Assembly: GCA_043228905.1 (NCBI GenBank)
Contig: JBHGNT010000002.1
Coordinates: 24,180,001-24,244,000 of the forward strand
Source of the DNA: Azolla caroliniana
Lineage: Eukaryota > Plantae > Polypodiophyta
Direction of reading: 5' to 3'
Length of the DNA stretch: 64,000 nucleotides
Both the position numbers and the translations under genes were made by a program. Positions 11,337 through 25,128 of the stretch are shown here, in pieces. Each line of letters begins with the position of its first letter. Position 1 is the stretch's first letter. A model generated the notes under the pieces. The model was given only the letters and a program-made list of their open reading frames with translations, was not told the DNA's origin and did no database searches.

Positions 11337-11870
11337 TGTCGTGCCTTTCGGCTCCGGATCGTTTGCGTGAGTCGGGTGGGAACCACTGGGGTTTTGGACT
11401 AGGAAGAAGAGAGTTTTAAGGCTAATAAGAATATAAATATGTTGTAAGAAAGAGTTATAGCAAACTCGTGAATCCCACGAGTGTATTGTATTTGATTAAT
11501 CAATATGAATATAAGAATATAAACTTCGGTTGAAAGAGAATGATATAGAATTCTCGTGAATCCCACGAGTATAGTTTATTAATTGGTGTTTTTTAGAAAC
11601 AACTGTGTCGTGCCTTTCGGCTCCGGATCGTTTGCGTGAGTCGGGTGGGAACCATTGGGGTTTTGGACTAGGAAGAAGAGAGTTTTAAGGCTAATAAGAA
11701 TATAAATATGTTGTAAGAAAGAGTTATAGCAAACTCGTGAATCCCACGAGTGTATTGTATTTGATTAATCAATATGAATATAAGAATATAAACTTTGGTT
11801 GAAAGAGAATGATATAGAATTCTCGTGAATCCCACGAGTATAGTTTATTAATTGGTGTTTTTTAGAAACA
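11337..11870. repeat. 269-bp tandem duplication inside K2 LTR (also 14096-14630)
   Basis: TGTCGTGCCTTTCGG recurs at 11337/11606 and 14096/14365. Confidence 0.95.
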
Positions 11871-12164
11871 TATCCAGTTTCCAAGTATTTCACACCCAAT
11901 TACATTGTGCTTCCCATCCTTATGTAGTGATGAGGAAGTCTTAGTAATCCATGCTTTTTCTCTAACTATAGACCCCATGCTTTTCCTATAGATAGACTAT
12001 ATGCTTTATCTAAAGTGATCATGCTTTTTCTAACTTGTGCGTTTTTTATCATGCACGCTAGATGTGTATGTGTAGCTTTTTCTTTTGTTATGCATTTTTC
12101 TAATGTTTATCCTAGCGTGAATTTACCTTTCTATGTGGGACATCTATGCTTTAACACTAATGAA

Positions 12165-12230
12165 ATGCTAGTGTAATGGTAAGACATTACATTATTAACA
12201 TGGAGGTGCAAGGTTCGAATCTTGCCCTAT
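12165..12230 (+). promoter_or_regulatory. tRNA-like Pol III A/B-box module in K2 U3 (second copy 14924-14990)
   Basis: TAGTGTAATGGTAAGAC (12169)...GAGGTGCAAGGTTCGAATCTTGC (B box 12212), followed by TTTT runs at about 12240. Confidence 0.7.
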
Positions 12231-12302
12231 GCATGTTCCATTTATTTTGCTATTTTCTTCTATTTCTTCATTTTTTATTGAATCTAATACTATATACGTT
12301 TT

Positions 12303-14078
12303 TCACGTAGTGTACAAAATCAATCTCGACTTCTTTTCGGATTTTCGGTTTAGTCGGATTAGCTTACTTCCGATTCGGTCTCGTCGGATCGTCTTTCGTT
12401 TAGTTCGGCTTCCTTTCCGATTTGTATTCAGTCGATCCGGACTCGGTTGATCGGTTTTTACCGATTCAGTGCTCTTTCGGGTCGGTTTCTTTTCTTTTCT
12501 TTTCGTCCGGATTTGCTTTCTTTTCTTCGTTTTCACCTGCCTTGTCCGGTTCGACTTTCGGCACTTCTTTCCGTTGTTCGCCACGTAGGTCCTCCGATAT
12601 GTGCTCGTTGTTCGGTCCTCGTGTGGTTGTAATGCATGCTTCTTTTCTCGCCGTAGCGCGTGCTTCTTTATTCGCCATAACACGCGTTTCTTTATTCGCC
12701 GTAGAGCGTGCTCTGTATTACGCGCTTCTCCCGTCGTAGACCCGACCTCCGCATTGTCGCACTTTCTTTTAGATTGGAATTTCGGATGGATCATTTTCCA
12801 TCCGAACCGACTTCCGACTTTACCTTCCTCGCCGCCATCTCCCGTCTCTCCGGTCTCACGTTGGTTCTCGGACACAACCGCCGAAGTCTCTAGATATTGT
12901 TGGCATGAATCCTCGGTATTACCTTCTTTCGTAGTTTCACCCTTAGCATTCTTCTCAGCTATCTCTTCATCGTATTCGTCGGCTTCGACATTCGTTTTCT
13001 CTCCGCCACCTTCCGTCTCTTCGGTCTCACATTGCCTTTCGATCGCAACCGCCGGAGTCTCTGGAATCAGTGGTGGGGAAGTCTCGATATGGCAATCCGC
13101 CATTGATTCGTCCATAGCCACCTCCGATTCGATTTCGTCTTTTGTGGCTACCTCCTTAATCACATCCGCTTCACACTCTTTATCTGCATCAATTATGCAA
13201 ACATCTATTATGCTTACCCCTTTTTGACCCGATGTCTCGGGCACTTGTATCCCAAAATTTCCTTCTACACTTGAATTATCGGCCTTATCCTTCGCCATCG
13301 TTCTTTCACAAGACGAGTGGGTGTCTTGTTCCACTCTTTCTCCCGTGGTACCATCATGTTGTATTTCGGCCTTCATATTGGCTTCATCGTTTTTCCTCAA
13401 TCGACCATCCTTCATGGGCCATGTCGTTGTTGACGAGATTCTCAGCTTCCTTTCATCATGTCTTCGGCATACCCTTTCGACTTTAGCCCAATCCTCGGTA
13501 AGGCCGTTCGCACCGTCATCATCTTCGAGTTCGATCCCAATGTCCATCCTTTCTTTCCGATCGATCGATCTTACGAACATTAAGACTTTATCTCCTCCCA
13601 CCAATCTTCGTTCTCGCTCCGAGAGTCGAGCAAAACGATGCTCGAACTCTAGGAACGCTTGCGTTGCACTTCGGTGAGTCTTCTCCGACGCCACCCATTC
13701 GTCAAATTCTCGTCGATCTCATCCCGTCCATCTCTCATAGTCATATGCCTCCCGTAAAGCTTCTTCAAAGGACTCCCATGTCGAGTTTTGTTGTTGTATC
13801 TTGTGGATTCTCTCTTGTAGTTCGTCCGAGGCCACCCGACTAAAGGATATCACTTGCAATCCTTCCGGTATCCGATATTGCATCATCTCCGCCTTATATT
13901 CACGTAGGTAGCGTGACACACCCTTACCGTTGAATTCCCCGTTTCGTCGCAGAAGCCGCTCTACAGCCGCCTTCATCTCCGACATCGCACGTTGTTCTTG
14001 TTGCATCCGCTCAAACATTATCATCATCATGTTCATCACCTCTTGTTGATTCTCCATCTCCTTGCCACCCGCCTTCAC
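12303..14078 (-). pseudogene. K2 Gag plus acidic extension (frameshift near 13720)
   Basis: ORFs 13719-14078 and 12303-13694, homologous to the K1 ORF and J gag. Confidence 0.8.
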
Positions 14079-16634
14079 GTCGGGTTCACCAACTGTATCG
14101 TGCCTTTCGGCTCCGGATCGTTTGCGTGAGTCGGGTGGGAACCACTGGGGTTTTGGACTAGGAAGAAGAGAGTTTTAAGGCTAATAAGAATATAAATATG
14201 TTGTAAGAAAGAGTTATAGCAAACTCGTGAATCCCACGAGTGTATTGTATTTGATTAATCAATATGAATATAAGAATATAAACTTCGGTTGAAAGAGAAT
14301 GATATAGAATTCTCGTGAATCCCACGAGTATAGTTTATTAATTGGTGTTTTTTAGAAACAACTGTGTCGTGCCTTTCGGCTCCGGATCGTTTGCGTGAGT
14401 CGGGTGGGAACCATTGGGGTTTTGGACTAGGAAGAAGAGAGTTTTAAGGCTAATAAGAATATAAATATGTTGTAAGAAAGAGTTATAGCAAACTCGTGAA
14501 TCCCACGAGTGTATTGTATTTGATTAATCAATATGAATATAAGAATATAAACTTTGGTTGAAAGAGAATGATATAGAATTCTCGTGAATCCCACGAGTAT
14601 AGTTTATTAATTGGTGTTTTTTAGAAACATATCCAGTTTCCAAGTATTTCACACTCAATTACATTGTGCTTCCCATCCTTATGTAGTGATGAGGAAGTCT
14701 TAGTAATCCATGCTTTTTCTCTAACTATAGACCCCATGCTTTTCCTATAGATAGACTATATGCTTTATCTAAAGTGATCATGCTTTTTCTAACTTGTGCG
14801 TTTTTTATCATGCACGCTAGATGTGTATGTGTAGCTTTTTCTTTTGTTATGCGTTTTTCTAATGTTTATCCTAGCGTGAATTTACCTTTCTATGTGGGAC
14901 ATCTATGTTTTAACACTAATGAAATGCTAGTATAATGGTAAGACATTACATTATTAACATGGAGGTGCAAGGTTCGAATCTTGCCCTATGCATGTTCCAT
15001 TTATTTTGCTATTTTCTTCTATTTCTTCATTTTTTATTGAATCTAATACTATATACGTTTTTCACGTAGTGTACAAAATACACTACGACAACGCGGATTT
15101 TTCACACCCCGATGGATTCACGGATTACCGATGACATACGTGCAACCTTGAAGACGGATAGTTTTGCTCAAGACATACTAGCGCACATTGATACTTCTCG
15201 GGCATCCTGTTCTCAGTCTCAACAACCAGGCATTGACTACCGACAATTCGAATATCATGATGGTTTGTTATTCTGTAAAAAGTGTGTATATGTCCCCGAT
15301 TGCTCCTGTCGCCTTCAAATCGTCCAACATTGTCACGACACCCATACGGCGGGACATTTCGGTAGTACTAAGACTTTGGAGCTAGTGCAGCGATCTTTTT
15401 GGTGGCCCCACATGCGCCGTTTTGTCAACGACTACATTCGGACCTGTGATGCTTGCTGCCGAGCAAAGATGCCACGACACCATCCATATGGCTTGTTGGA
15501 ACCCTTACCGATTCCAAGTAAGCCGTGACAGTCTATTTGTCTTGATTTTATCACAGATCTGCCGGTCTCGAAGTGGTTCGATGCTATCCTAACCGTCGTC
15601 GATCGATATACGAAGATGGCACATTTTGTGTTGTGTACTAAAGCCATCACTAGCGAGGAAACCGCCGCTCTTGTTATGCGTGAGGTATTTCGGCATCATG
15701 GCCTCCCTGACAGTATTATCAGTGATCGAGGCCCGCAATTTGTCTCCAAATTTTGGCAGCATCTCTTCAAGATGCTCAAGGTCTCCTGCAACCTCTCCTC
15801 CGGCTACCATCCTCAGAACGACGGGCAGGCGAAACAAACAACCCAAACGCTAGAGCAATATCTCCGGTGTTTCCTGAGTTATCAACTGGACGATTGGGCC
15901 GAGATTCTCCACTTTGTGGAGTTTGCGTATAATAATGCTATTCACTCCTCGACTCGGGTCTCCCCATTTTTTGCTTATACCGGTTTCCATCCTCGCTGGT
16001 CGGTGATCGACACTCCGGAGCTACCTACCAACCCTCGTGCCGAGGATCATTTGGAGAGGCTACGCAAGATCCAGATGGATCTCTCTACTCACCTTCGTCA
16101 TGCTCAACACACACAGAAGACTTATGCGGATCGTCATCGGATTCCCTCCTCTTTTGCCATCGGAGATCGAGTATGGCTCTTACGTCGTCACATCAAGACT
16201 ACTCGACCGTGCGACAAGTTGGATTATCGACAACTCGGTCCCTTCCGTATTACGGGTAAGATTAATGATGTCACCTTCCGCCTTGATCTCCCTCCGCAGC
16301 TTCAGATACATCCGGTTTTCCATTGTTCTCTTCTTGAACCTTATAAAGCAAACACCATTCCCGATTGTGTGACACCACCGCCGCCCCCGTTGGAGTTGGA
16401 CGTCGGCCCGGAGTATGAAGTTGCTGCCATCCTCGATTCCAAACTTGTTCACAACAAACTTTATTACTTGGTTGATTGGCTCGGTTATAGTCTGAGCGAA
16501 CGTACTTGGGAACCCGTCGAGCATGTTACCAATGCACAGGATCTTCTTGTTGATTTCCACCAAAAGTATCTGGACAAACTAGGTCCGCAATTAGCACCGA
16601 CTCGTTCCACTCGTCGTCTTTAAGGGGGAGATAG

Positions 16635-17060
16635 TATCATGATATGGCAAGACTCGAACCCATGACCTTATGATACATGGGTCGAGATCTTACCATTAGA
16701 CTATGAATTGTAATTTGTAGAATATTATTTTCATTTATGCTTTATCATAGAAAATTGATGTATATTCCAGATCTCTCTGGAACATTCTAGAAGCTTCAGG
16801 ATTATTCCTAAAAACACTATAAAAGGAGGCACAAGGTTCATTGTTTTGAACCAAATTGGTTCAACACCAGTCTTAAGCCTCTTAGCCGATTTGTACTTAC
16901 CTTTCATATAATATAAGAGCTGCTGTCATCATCCTATCTCTCTCTCTCCTCTTCTCACTTCCTCTCTCTCGGGAATCTTACGCGGTCCCGTCCTATTAGT
17001 ACTAATAGTACTACTCTTCTTAGTACTAATTCCATCTCTGCTTTAGTACTATTCCTGACA
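16635..17060 (+). repeat. chromovirus 3' LTR
   Basis: Preceded by PPT, followed by TSD CGATC. Confidence 0.95.
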
Positions 17061-18126
17061 CGATCACTCGACCCGATCTCAGCTATCCGGTCGGTCTCCT
17101 TAGTCAATTCATGCAAACACCACATGATACTCACTTGGATTGCGCTAAGCGAGTTCTACGGTACGTGAGCGGCACAATGGATTGTGGCATCCTCTACAAG
17201 ACCGCAATGCCAATACGCCTCGAGGGGTACACAGACGCCGATTGGGCCGGCTACAAAGCCGATAGAAGATCAACCTCCGGATTTGTTTTCTCCCTCGTCA
17301 GTGGAGCAATATCCTGGAGTAGCAAGAAGCAGCCTACCGTTGCTCTTTCGACTATGGAGGCGGAATACAGGGGCGCAACCGTAGCTGCGTGTGAAGCCGT
17401 ATGGCTCAAGAGGATTTTGAAGGATCTGGGCGTACCCATCAAGGATCCGACTTCCCTTTACTGTGGCAACATGAGCAGTATCTATCTGGCTCGGAACCCG
17501 GTGTTCCACACGTAGACAAAGCACATCGAAGTGCACTATCACTTCATCTGAGAGCGCGTTCTAGCTAGCGATGTCAACCTACAACACATTACCACCAATC
17601 TTCAAATGGCCGACATTTTCACGAAAGCCTTAGGAGCCGACAAGATTTGGCAATTCATGACCGATCTCGGATTGATGATCCCTGACCTGCCAAGCTTGAG
17701 GGGGAGTACTGAAGACACTACGCAATGACGCGTGGATTACGTAACCGCGCAACAAAGCCGTGAAGAGCCGATCTACCACGCAAAGCCGCGAAGAAAGACG
17801 CAAGCCGAAGCACAGACTTCGCAACTACGCACAACGCAAGCTGGAGCACGGATTCCGCAACTCCGCATCAAAGCGAGTCAACGCGAGTCGAAGCGGATTT
17901 CGGATACCATCTGAAACCGACCCGACTTGAGCTTGAGGGGGCGTGTTGAGAATCAAGCTCAACTTGGTCTAGTGTGTGAACTCACCTTGAGAGTGAATAG
18001 ACACTCCAACGGTCAAGAGTCACCATTAAGTCACCTCTCTCTCTCTCTCTCTGTGTGTGTCTATCTCACACACACACAGTTCATACCTATTCCGCTTCAC
18101 AAGAATCCATCTCTTGATTCTTTACA

Positions 18127-18326
18127 TCACATCATGTTTATTCCCTGTCCTTTCGGACAGGGATACTCCTTGCTTCCCTCCCTACTCAATGCGTGCTACT
18201 TAGGATTTCACCTCAGGCGACTTGTACCTACCTACGGACTATACAACGAAACTTGTGCCCATGTGTAAGGACCGGTTTATGCACGTTATACTCGGTTTCC
18301 GCCTAGGGACGGTTTTCTCCATGACA
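18127..18326 (-). repeat. outer (U3) part of an LTR of the 4-bp-TSD gypsy family into which copia A inserted
   Basis: Homologous to 40035-40234; ends CATGACA, followed by CCGG. Confidence 0.75.
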
Positions 18327-19306
18327 CCGGTTTTCCGATTTCAAATGTTTATTCGGATCTTCGCCGGTTTTGATCCACGAAAACTTTTCTTTGATGCTAC
18401 CAATGTTCCAATTGTGCGAGACTGGTAATACAATCTTCCCCGAGCTTGAGTAATTGTTCGAGTTGTTTTTGATCAGATTCAGACTCGAAAAGTGCAGTTA
18501 CTTGAATACGTAAACTCGGTACTTGAAATTTGATGGGCATAATTGCTTCTAACCTGAAATCCATTCGGAAGGGAGTAGATTGAATACTTGTTTTAAACAT
18601 TGTGTGATATGGCCATAGTGCACTGTGCAGTTTATCATCCCAATCTGTTCAATTCTCGTTCACAATTATCTTGAGAATATTTTATAGCGTCTTTTTAGTT
18701 GACTCATATAGACCATTACCTTGAGGGCAGTACGATGTGCTTTTCTTATGTACGATTGCGTAATGGGTGGCGAAATGGCAGACGAGACGATTTAGAGAGT
18801 GACCTCCTTGGTCGCTGGCGAGCTCGATTGGACAAGCGAGGTATAGGTCGGGGCACAAGGAGCGTTGTCCCAAGACTCGGGCTGGGAGTGCCGTCTATTA
18901 TCGGTGCGTGGAGGGTCTCAGTGGTGGTTGTCGAAGGGGCGTCGATTATTGCCCGAGGGTCGGTGACCATGATTATTATAAGGAGGTTGTCGGTCGTGTC
19001 ATGGATACCTCGATTCGTAGAAATCGTCTCGGTCATTATCATTGCGGTAATAGTCGTTGTCCGGACTATAGCGGTCGTCTCGGTATCCGTAGCGATCGTC
19101 CTTGGGTCACCGTCGATTATCTTGGTGATTGCGCGACTCCTCTGCCCGAGGGTGATTGTGGTAGGGCTCGATCTGTCGTACAGGGGCAGAGGTTGTGCGA
19201 TTAAGAATATTGTACTCACATTGGTCGGTCATATGCACCCGAGAATGGCAAATTGGGCAGTGTGGGCAAAGGGGACAATCCACAGCTCAGTAGCCGGATT
19301 GCGTTT

Positions 19307-22300
19307 TGTTGAGCGGCAAGCTCAACCGGATCCGAATCGGCTGAATAAGCCTGAGCCGATTAGCTGGATCAAGCAGTAACCGGAAGCCAAGTAGCAGCTA
19401 GTCTACTAGGGAGTTAATATCTCGTAGTTAGTGTCAGACGCTCGTGTGAGCATTGAAGTATACCATACTTCTGTCCGTCCGGATGGACTTGTATACAAGT
19501 GTTCACTGAACACATACGATGTACAGACTGAGCAGTATTTTTTGAATTGAGTTTCTGTGTGCTCTCTCTTTGTCTCTGTCTCTCCCGCGTACTGTTAAGC
19601 TCTCCATTAAACCTATTTTTTGCTTTCTGTTTTCTATTGCTTCCGCACGCTATTCATTTCTACATGGTATTAGAGTGCGAGGGTTGAAGAACTCTGTAAC
19701 CGACATTCGCTTTCGCAAGACAAACCCTACAGGTTGTGAGAACAAAACAATAGACAAAAAAAAATGGAGGGAGGAATGGCCAGCTCCCTCCCTGTGGAGA
19801 AGCTCGACAGAACCAACTACGCATCTTGGTCTTACAAGATGCACCAGTACCTGCTTGGGCATGGGTACTGGAGCTATGTCGACGGAGCTAACGACACAAC
19901 ACTTGATGTGGCACACAAGGATTTCCCGGTGTGGGAACAATCGGCAAGCAAAGTGATGTATTGTTTTGCGTCCAGTGTCGACGACCAGCTGCTGAGCCAC
20001 ATCCGAGATGCCAAGACGCCCAAAGAGGCTTGGGGAAACCTAAAGAAGGTGTTCGCCGCAAGCACTACAGCTCGGATGCTGCAACTCCGACAGGAGTTGA
20101 ACAATGTCCGGCAAAAGGACATGTCGGTGGCTGATTATATGGCCTGAATCAAAGAGATGTGTGACTCACTTGCCTCTATCAACGTAGCTGTAGATGAAGA
20201 CCAGATGGTACAGGTCTATCTTGCGGGCCTAGCGTCTAAGAGGCTTGGGGAAACCTAAAGAAGGTGTTCGCCGCAAGCACTACAGCTCGGATGCTGCAAC
20301 TCCGACAGGAGTTGAGCAATGTCCGGAAAAAGGACATGTCGGTGGCTGATTATATGGCCTGAATCAAAGAGATGTGTGACTCGCTTGCCTCTATCAACGT
20401 AGCTATAGATGAAGACCAGATGGTACAGGTCTATCTTGCGGGCCTAGCGTCTAAGTTCCGAGCTTTTCGGACAGCAATATCTACGAGGGAGAATACCCGT
20501 CATTTTTCGACTTACAGTCGATGCTCCTCATAGAGGAGAACCACGCTGGTGCGTCAACAAGTGCACCCACCGACAGTCGGATGCTATACACGGAGGCGGA
20601 TCGGCCCCGTGGGCGTGGTAGATGAGGCGGGTCGGCACGCAATGGAGGCGGCTGGCAAGGGCAAGACTAACGGCACAAAGACCGTTCCAGGACCTCCACA
20701 ACCAGGGGGGCCGGAGGCCGGCAAGACAAATCCGCCACGGAATGTTGGTACTATGGCAAAAAGGGCCACTGAGAAAGCGAGTGCTAGAAGAAGCATGCCG
20801 ATTCGGACTGATCTGGATCCGGCAAAACCGGTCGGGAGAACCGGCAAAGCTCGCACTACGCGCAAAGATCGAAAGGATCCGAAACCGGGAAGACCAGTAA
20901 GGGGCCAGCCTTGGTGATGAAGCACGAGGAAAATTCGATGAAGAAGACCACTTCCAAATCGGAGCAAGTGTAGTATGTTGATTCTGGTGCATCAAATCAC
21001 ATGAAGAACCACAAAGATTCATTCTCCTTCCAGGAGAAACCAGAACAATCGGGAGTTGTCGGAACCAAAGACGACACTCCTCACCCAATCATGCATGTCG
21101 AAGAAGTCCCTTTGAGCCACGTCGGACAGAGGGGGAAGCTGATGAACGTATTACATGTTCCAACTATCATGAAGAACCTGGTGTCGATCGGACAGATCGT
21201 CGACTAGGGAATGCAGGTGCGGTTTACGCACCTCGGGTGCTTCATCGAAGAGGAGGGCCAGATTATTGCGCAAGGGCGCAGAGATGGGAGGATGTTCATC
21301 CTCGACACCAATGACGTCGGCACCACTTTGTTCGCCAAAGGACAGAAGACTGAATCGAACATCGATCTCTGGCATAAGTGGATCAGGTACGTCAATTACC
21401 GGAGGCTTCAAGACCTGCAAACTAAACAAGTTGTTTTTGGTTTGCCGAAGTTCAGTGGCTAGAAGGCCCAAGTATGTGAAGCCTGCCAACTCCGGAAGCA
21501 ACACCGGCTTCCATTCCCCACCGAACGAAACCGTAGCCGTAACAAGCTCGACCTTATTCATTCGGATGTATGGGGACCGGCACATAATGTGAGTCTTGGC
21601 GGGAGTCGATACTTCGTCTCCTTCATGACTATAGCCCACACACATGGATCTACCTCATTGAGTGGAAGAGCAAAGTCTTCGACTGTTTCCGGAACCTCCA
21701 AAGCATGGTGGAACGGGAATCAGAGAGGAAGATCAAGTGCTTGCGGTCAGATGGCGGAAAAGAATATTTTACCGGCCAATTCAACAGTTATCTGCAGCAA
21801 ACAGGAATTCGGAGAGAGTTCAACTGCAGATACACACTAGAGCAAAACCGTGTGGCCTAAAGGAAGAACCGGTCGCTTGTCGACGCGGCAAGGGCAATGC
21901 TAGAAGAGAAGATCATGTCCCATTTCTACTGGGCGGGGGCGGTCCGGACGGCCGTATAGATCCAAAACCGGATCAGTGACAAGGTGTCCGCGCATGAGCT
22001 GTATTTCGGGCGCAAGCCGAATTTGAGACACCTTCGGATTTTCGTCAACATAGCATATGTGCATGTGCCGGATGAGAAGCGGAGGAAGTTGGATGCAAAA
22101 TCGAAGAAGTGCATCCTCGTCGGCTACTCACATGAGCAAAAGGGGTATAAGTGTTATAACCCCCGGACGAAGCAGGTCCGAGTTAGCTGCGATGTTGAGT
22201 TTGATGAGATGGCATCATGGTATGCCTTACCGGCTCCGACTTCCGACCCTGACCCGATATCGGAGGATGAGGCTAGTGAGCCTGAACCGGTCCAGATAGA

Positions 22301-25128
22301 AGATGATGAATCCGGGACTCAACAAGAGAGTCCGGATTCATTTCGGTTGAGTGGGCCGAACGAGAGACTGGGTCAATCCGACCAGTTAGAAGAGGAACCG
22401 ACAAGTAGTGAAGACTTTGTCGTGCTCTCCCCGCACAAGGAACCGAGGAGACGGTTCACGCGCAAAGAGAAGGGGAAGAAGAAGATGTCGGATTTTGAAA
22501 CCGGTAATGATGAGTCGGATCAGAGCGAATCCAACTCCGGAAAGGAAAATGATGGTCCTTCAGCATCGAAGACTGAACCGGCCAAGAAGGGCCTCAAACC
22601 GGGTACCAGTGGGTTATGCCGGTCAACCCGCCAGAAGGACCCTGTTAAGTGGTATGGGTACAATGAGTACATGGCGCATCACTATGTGTACATGACCAAG
22701 GTGGTGGAAGTGCGTGAGCCGGAGAGCTACACAAAAGCAGCAAGGGATGCACATTGGCATGCTGCTATGGAAGAAGAGATGCGGGCACTTGATGCCAACG
22801 ATACATGGGACCTGGTTGACCCTCCTCGTCATAGTAAACCGATCGGATGCAAGTGGGTGTACAAGGTAAAGTACAACGCCGACGGTTCTATCTAGAAGAA
22901 GAGGTCTTTATGACCCAACCTCCCGGTTTTTAGTCGGAGATGAACAAGTTGGCTATATGCCGGCTGAAGAAGTCACTTTATGGCCTGAAGCAAGCCCCCC
23001 GAGCTTGGAATGCAAAGATTACACACCGGTTAAGTTGGGGTTTGTGACCTCCAAGTCCGACTCTTCGTTGTTCGTCTGGCAAGGTTCGGACGGTCCAGTT
23101 TGCATCTTGCTATATGTTGATGATCTAGTCATCACCGGACCCGGACTCGATGAAATCCGCCGAGTCAAGTCCCAGCTGTCGGATGCATTTGAGATGAAGG
23201 ACCTGGGGACCTTCACTATTTCCTTGGGATCGAAGTGAGCCGAAACCCTGACGACATATTGCTCTCACAAAGACACTATGTGTTGAATATGTTGTACAAG
23301 TTCGGCATGACGGAATGCCACTCTATTTCTACACCCTTCGACAGGAAACAGAAGCTCTGTCCCAACTTCGGACAGGCCTGCGATGAGACCCGGTTCCGAC
23401 AAATTGTCGGAAGCCTTATATATTTGACCATCACCCGACCCGACATTAGCTATCCGGTCGGTGTGATTAGTCAATTCATGCAGCAACCGACCGTCGAGCA
23501 TCTTTAGTGCGGGCACCGAATATTGCGATATGTGAGCGGCACGAAGGACCGGGGACTGTTATACCGGTGAGGTATGACCGAAGAGCTAGTCGGCTACACG
23601 GATGCCGACTAGGCCGACGATGCATCAGATCGTCGTTCCACTTCCGACTATATGTTTTCCCTTGGTAGCGCGGCTGTTGCGTGGAGCAACAAAAAGCAGC
23701 CAACAGTTGCTCTATTGAGCATTGAGGCCAAATACCAGGGCGCTACTGTTGCCACCTGTGAAGCCATTTGGCTTTGGCGACTACTGCAAGCCCTACGGAT
23801 CAAGGTGCCGACCCCGATCCTGATCTACTGTGACAACATAAGCAGCATGCAACTCGCCAAGAACCCCGTATTCCATGCTCGCACAAAGCACATCGAAGTG
23901 CACTACCACTTTGTGCGTGAGCGTGTCCTAAGCAGTGAAGTCGAACTTCGGTATGTTCATACGGATCGGCAAGTTGCCGACATCTGCACCAAACCGCTCG
24001 TATCGGACAAGTTGTAGCACTTCACCGAAATGCTTGGTGTTCAGCATCTTGACGTGCCACACTTGAGGGGGAGAATGGGCAAAGACACCACCGGAACGGG
24101 CAAAGGCAAATAGACAGCCGATTGTGCCGATGGGGGAAGAACCAAATAAGGGAGAGATAGGAAGAAGAAAGGAGCCGAGTCACCAAAGGAAGTTGACACA
24201 TCTGAACAAGTCGGAACAAGCGGCAATGGAGGCCGAGTCAAGGACAGATCTGACCGGAAGAAGAAGTCCAAGACCCGGACATGGTTCGATGTGGTGAAGG
24301 GCCTGGAACCAGAAGACGAATTGGGAGCAACCGATTCGGACAAGAGCTGGAACGAATCGGAGACAACCAATTCGGTTTTATAGAAGGATTCGGAAGAACC
24401 AGATCAATTCAAGGCCAAGAGGACAAGAAGGCAACAAAAGTCGACACCAACACGAAGGAATCGGCAAAACGACAAGAGCCAAAGTCACAGCAGCGAGGGA
24501 GCTGAATTGGGCCTATTGAGCAGACAAGCTGACCAACGAAGTCGAGGTGCGCAGGAACAAAAGGGTCGTGGAAAATGGGACCAGACCGGACGAGGAGCGC
24601 GAGCGAGGCGGAGTGACGCGAGAAGGAGCCAGGTGGAAGGATCGGCTGCCATAGAGACTGACACTACGATCCGACCTCAAATTGAGCTTTAGGGGGAGTG
24701 TTGAGTGACAAACTCAACCGGATCCGGATCGGCTTAATAAGCCTGAGCCGGATCAACATCCAGAAGGATGAGCCGGATCGGTGAGCCGGTGAGCAAGTGA
24801 GCTGGTGAGCTGGGGAGCCAGTTAGCTGGATCAAGCAGTAACCGGAAGCCAAGTAGCAGCTAGTCTACTAGGGAGTTAATATCTCATAGTTAGTGTCAAA
24901 CGCTCGTGTGAGCATTGAAGTACACCGTACTTCTGTCAGTCCAGATGGACTTGTATAAAAATGTTCACTGAACACATACAATATATACAAACTGAGCAGT
25001 ATTTTTTGAATTGAGTTTCTGTGTGCTCTCTCTTTGTCTCTGACTCTCCCGCGTACTGTTAAGCTCTCCATTAAACCTGTTTTCTGCTTTCTGTTTTCTA
25101 TTGCTTCCGCACGCTATTTGTTTCTACA
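19307..25128 (+). mobile_element. Ty1/copia element D, degenerate full length
   Basis: LTRs 19307-19664 and 24699-25128. PBS TGGTATTAGAG (tRNA-iMet). PPT agggggag. Imperfect TSD CGTTT/CGATC. gag MASSLPVEKLDRTNY, then IN, RT, RH with many stops; RT deletion near 22893. Confidence 0.9.
20023..20455 (+). repeat. 215-bp tandem duplication in copia D gag
   Basis: AAGAGGCTTGGGGAAACC at 20023 and 20238; AAG microhomology at the junction. Confidence 0.9.

Larger units (their letters stand above)
11337..15090 (-). mobile_element. Non-autonomous gag-only Ty3/gypsy element K2 (tRNA-Trp primed)
   Basis: LTRs 11337-12319 (inner end and PPT deleted) and 14096-15090. TSD ACGT/ACGC. PBS 14074-14091. Confidence 0.92.
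9330..16623 (+). pseudogene. chromovirus pol (PR-RT-RH-IN-chromodomain), split by K2
   Basis: LLDSGA protease. RT KIDLRGAY, MPFGLTNAP, YLDD. RH EADASDF. IN zinc finger HDTHTAGH...CDAC. Chromodomain EYEVAAILDSK...YLVDWLGY...TWEP. Confidence 0.93.
4143..17060 (+). mobile_element. Chromovirus (Ty3/gypsy, Tcn1/Tf1-sushi-like), full length, carrying two nested insertions
   Basis: LTRs 4143-4566 and 16635-17060 (TATCA...TGACA). 5-bp TSD CGATC (4138-4142, 17061-17065). PPT aagggggagatag. Domain order gag-PR-RT-RH-IN-chromodomain. Confidence 0.95.
1687..18126 (+). mobile_element. Ty1/copia element A (5' part outside window; interrupted by chromovirus 4143-17060)
   Basis: GAG-pre-integrase WHKRIGH...CEAC, IN, RT (HQMDVKN, LYVDD) at 1687-4142. 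RT end and RNase H (YTDADWAG, KHIEVHYHF) at 17066-17700. PPT ttgagggggcg, then a short 3' LTR TGTTGAG (17944)...TTTACA (about 18126). Confidence 0.85.

Noticed and set aside
18699-19379. Val/Ile-rich 226-aa ORF resembling a membrane or env protein
   Set aside because: Antisense to the Asp/Asn/Arg-rich post-knuckle gag region of element L.
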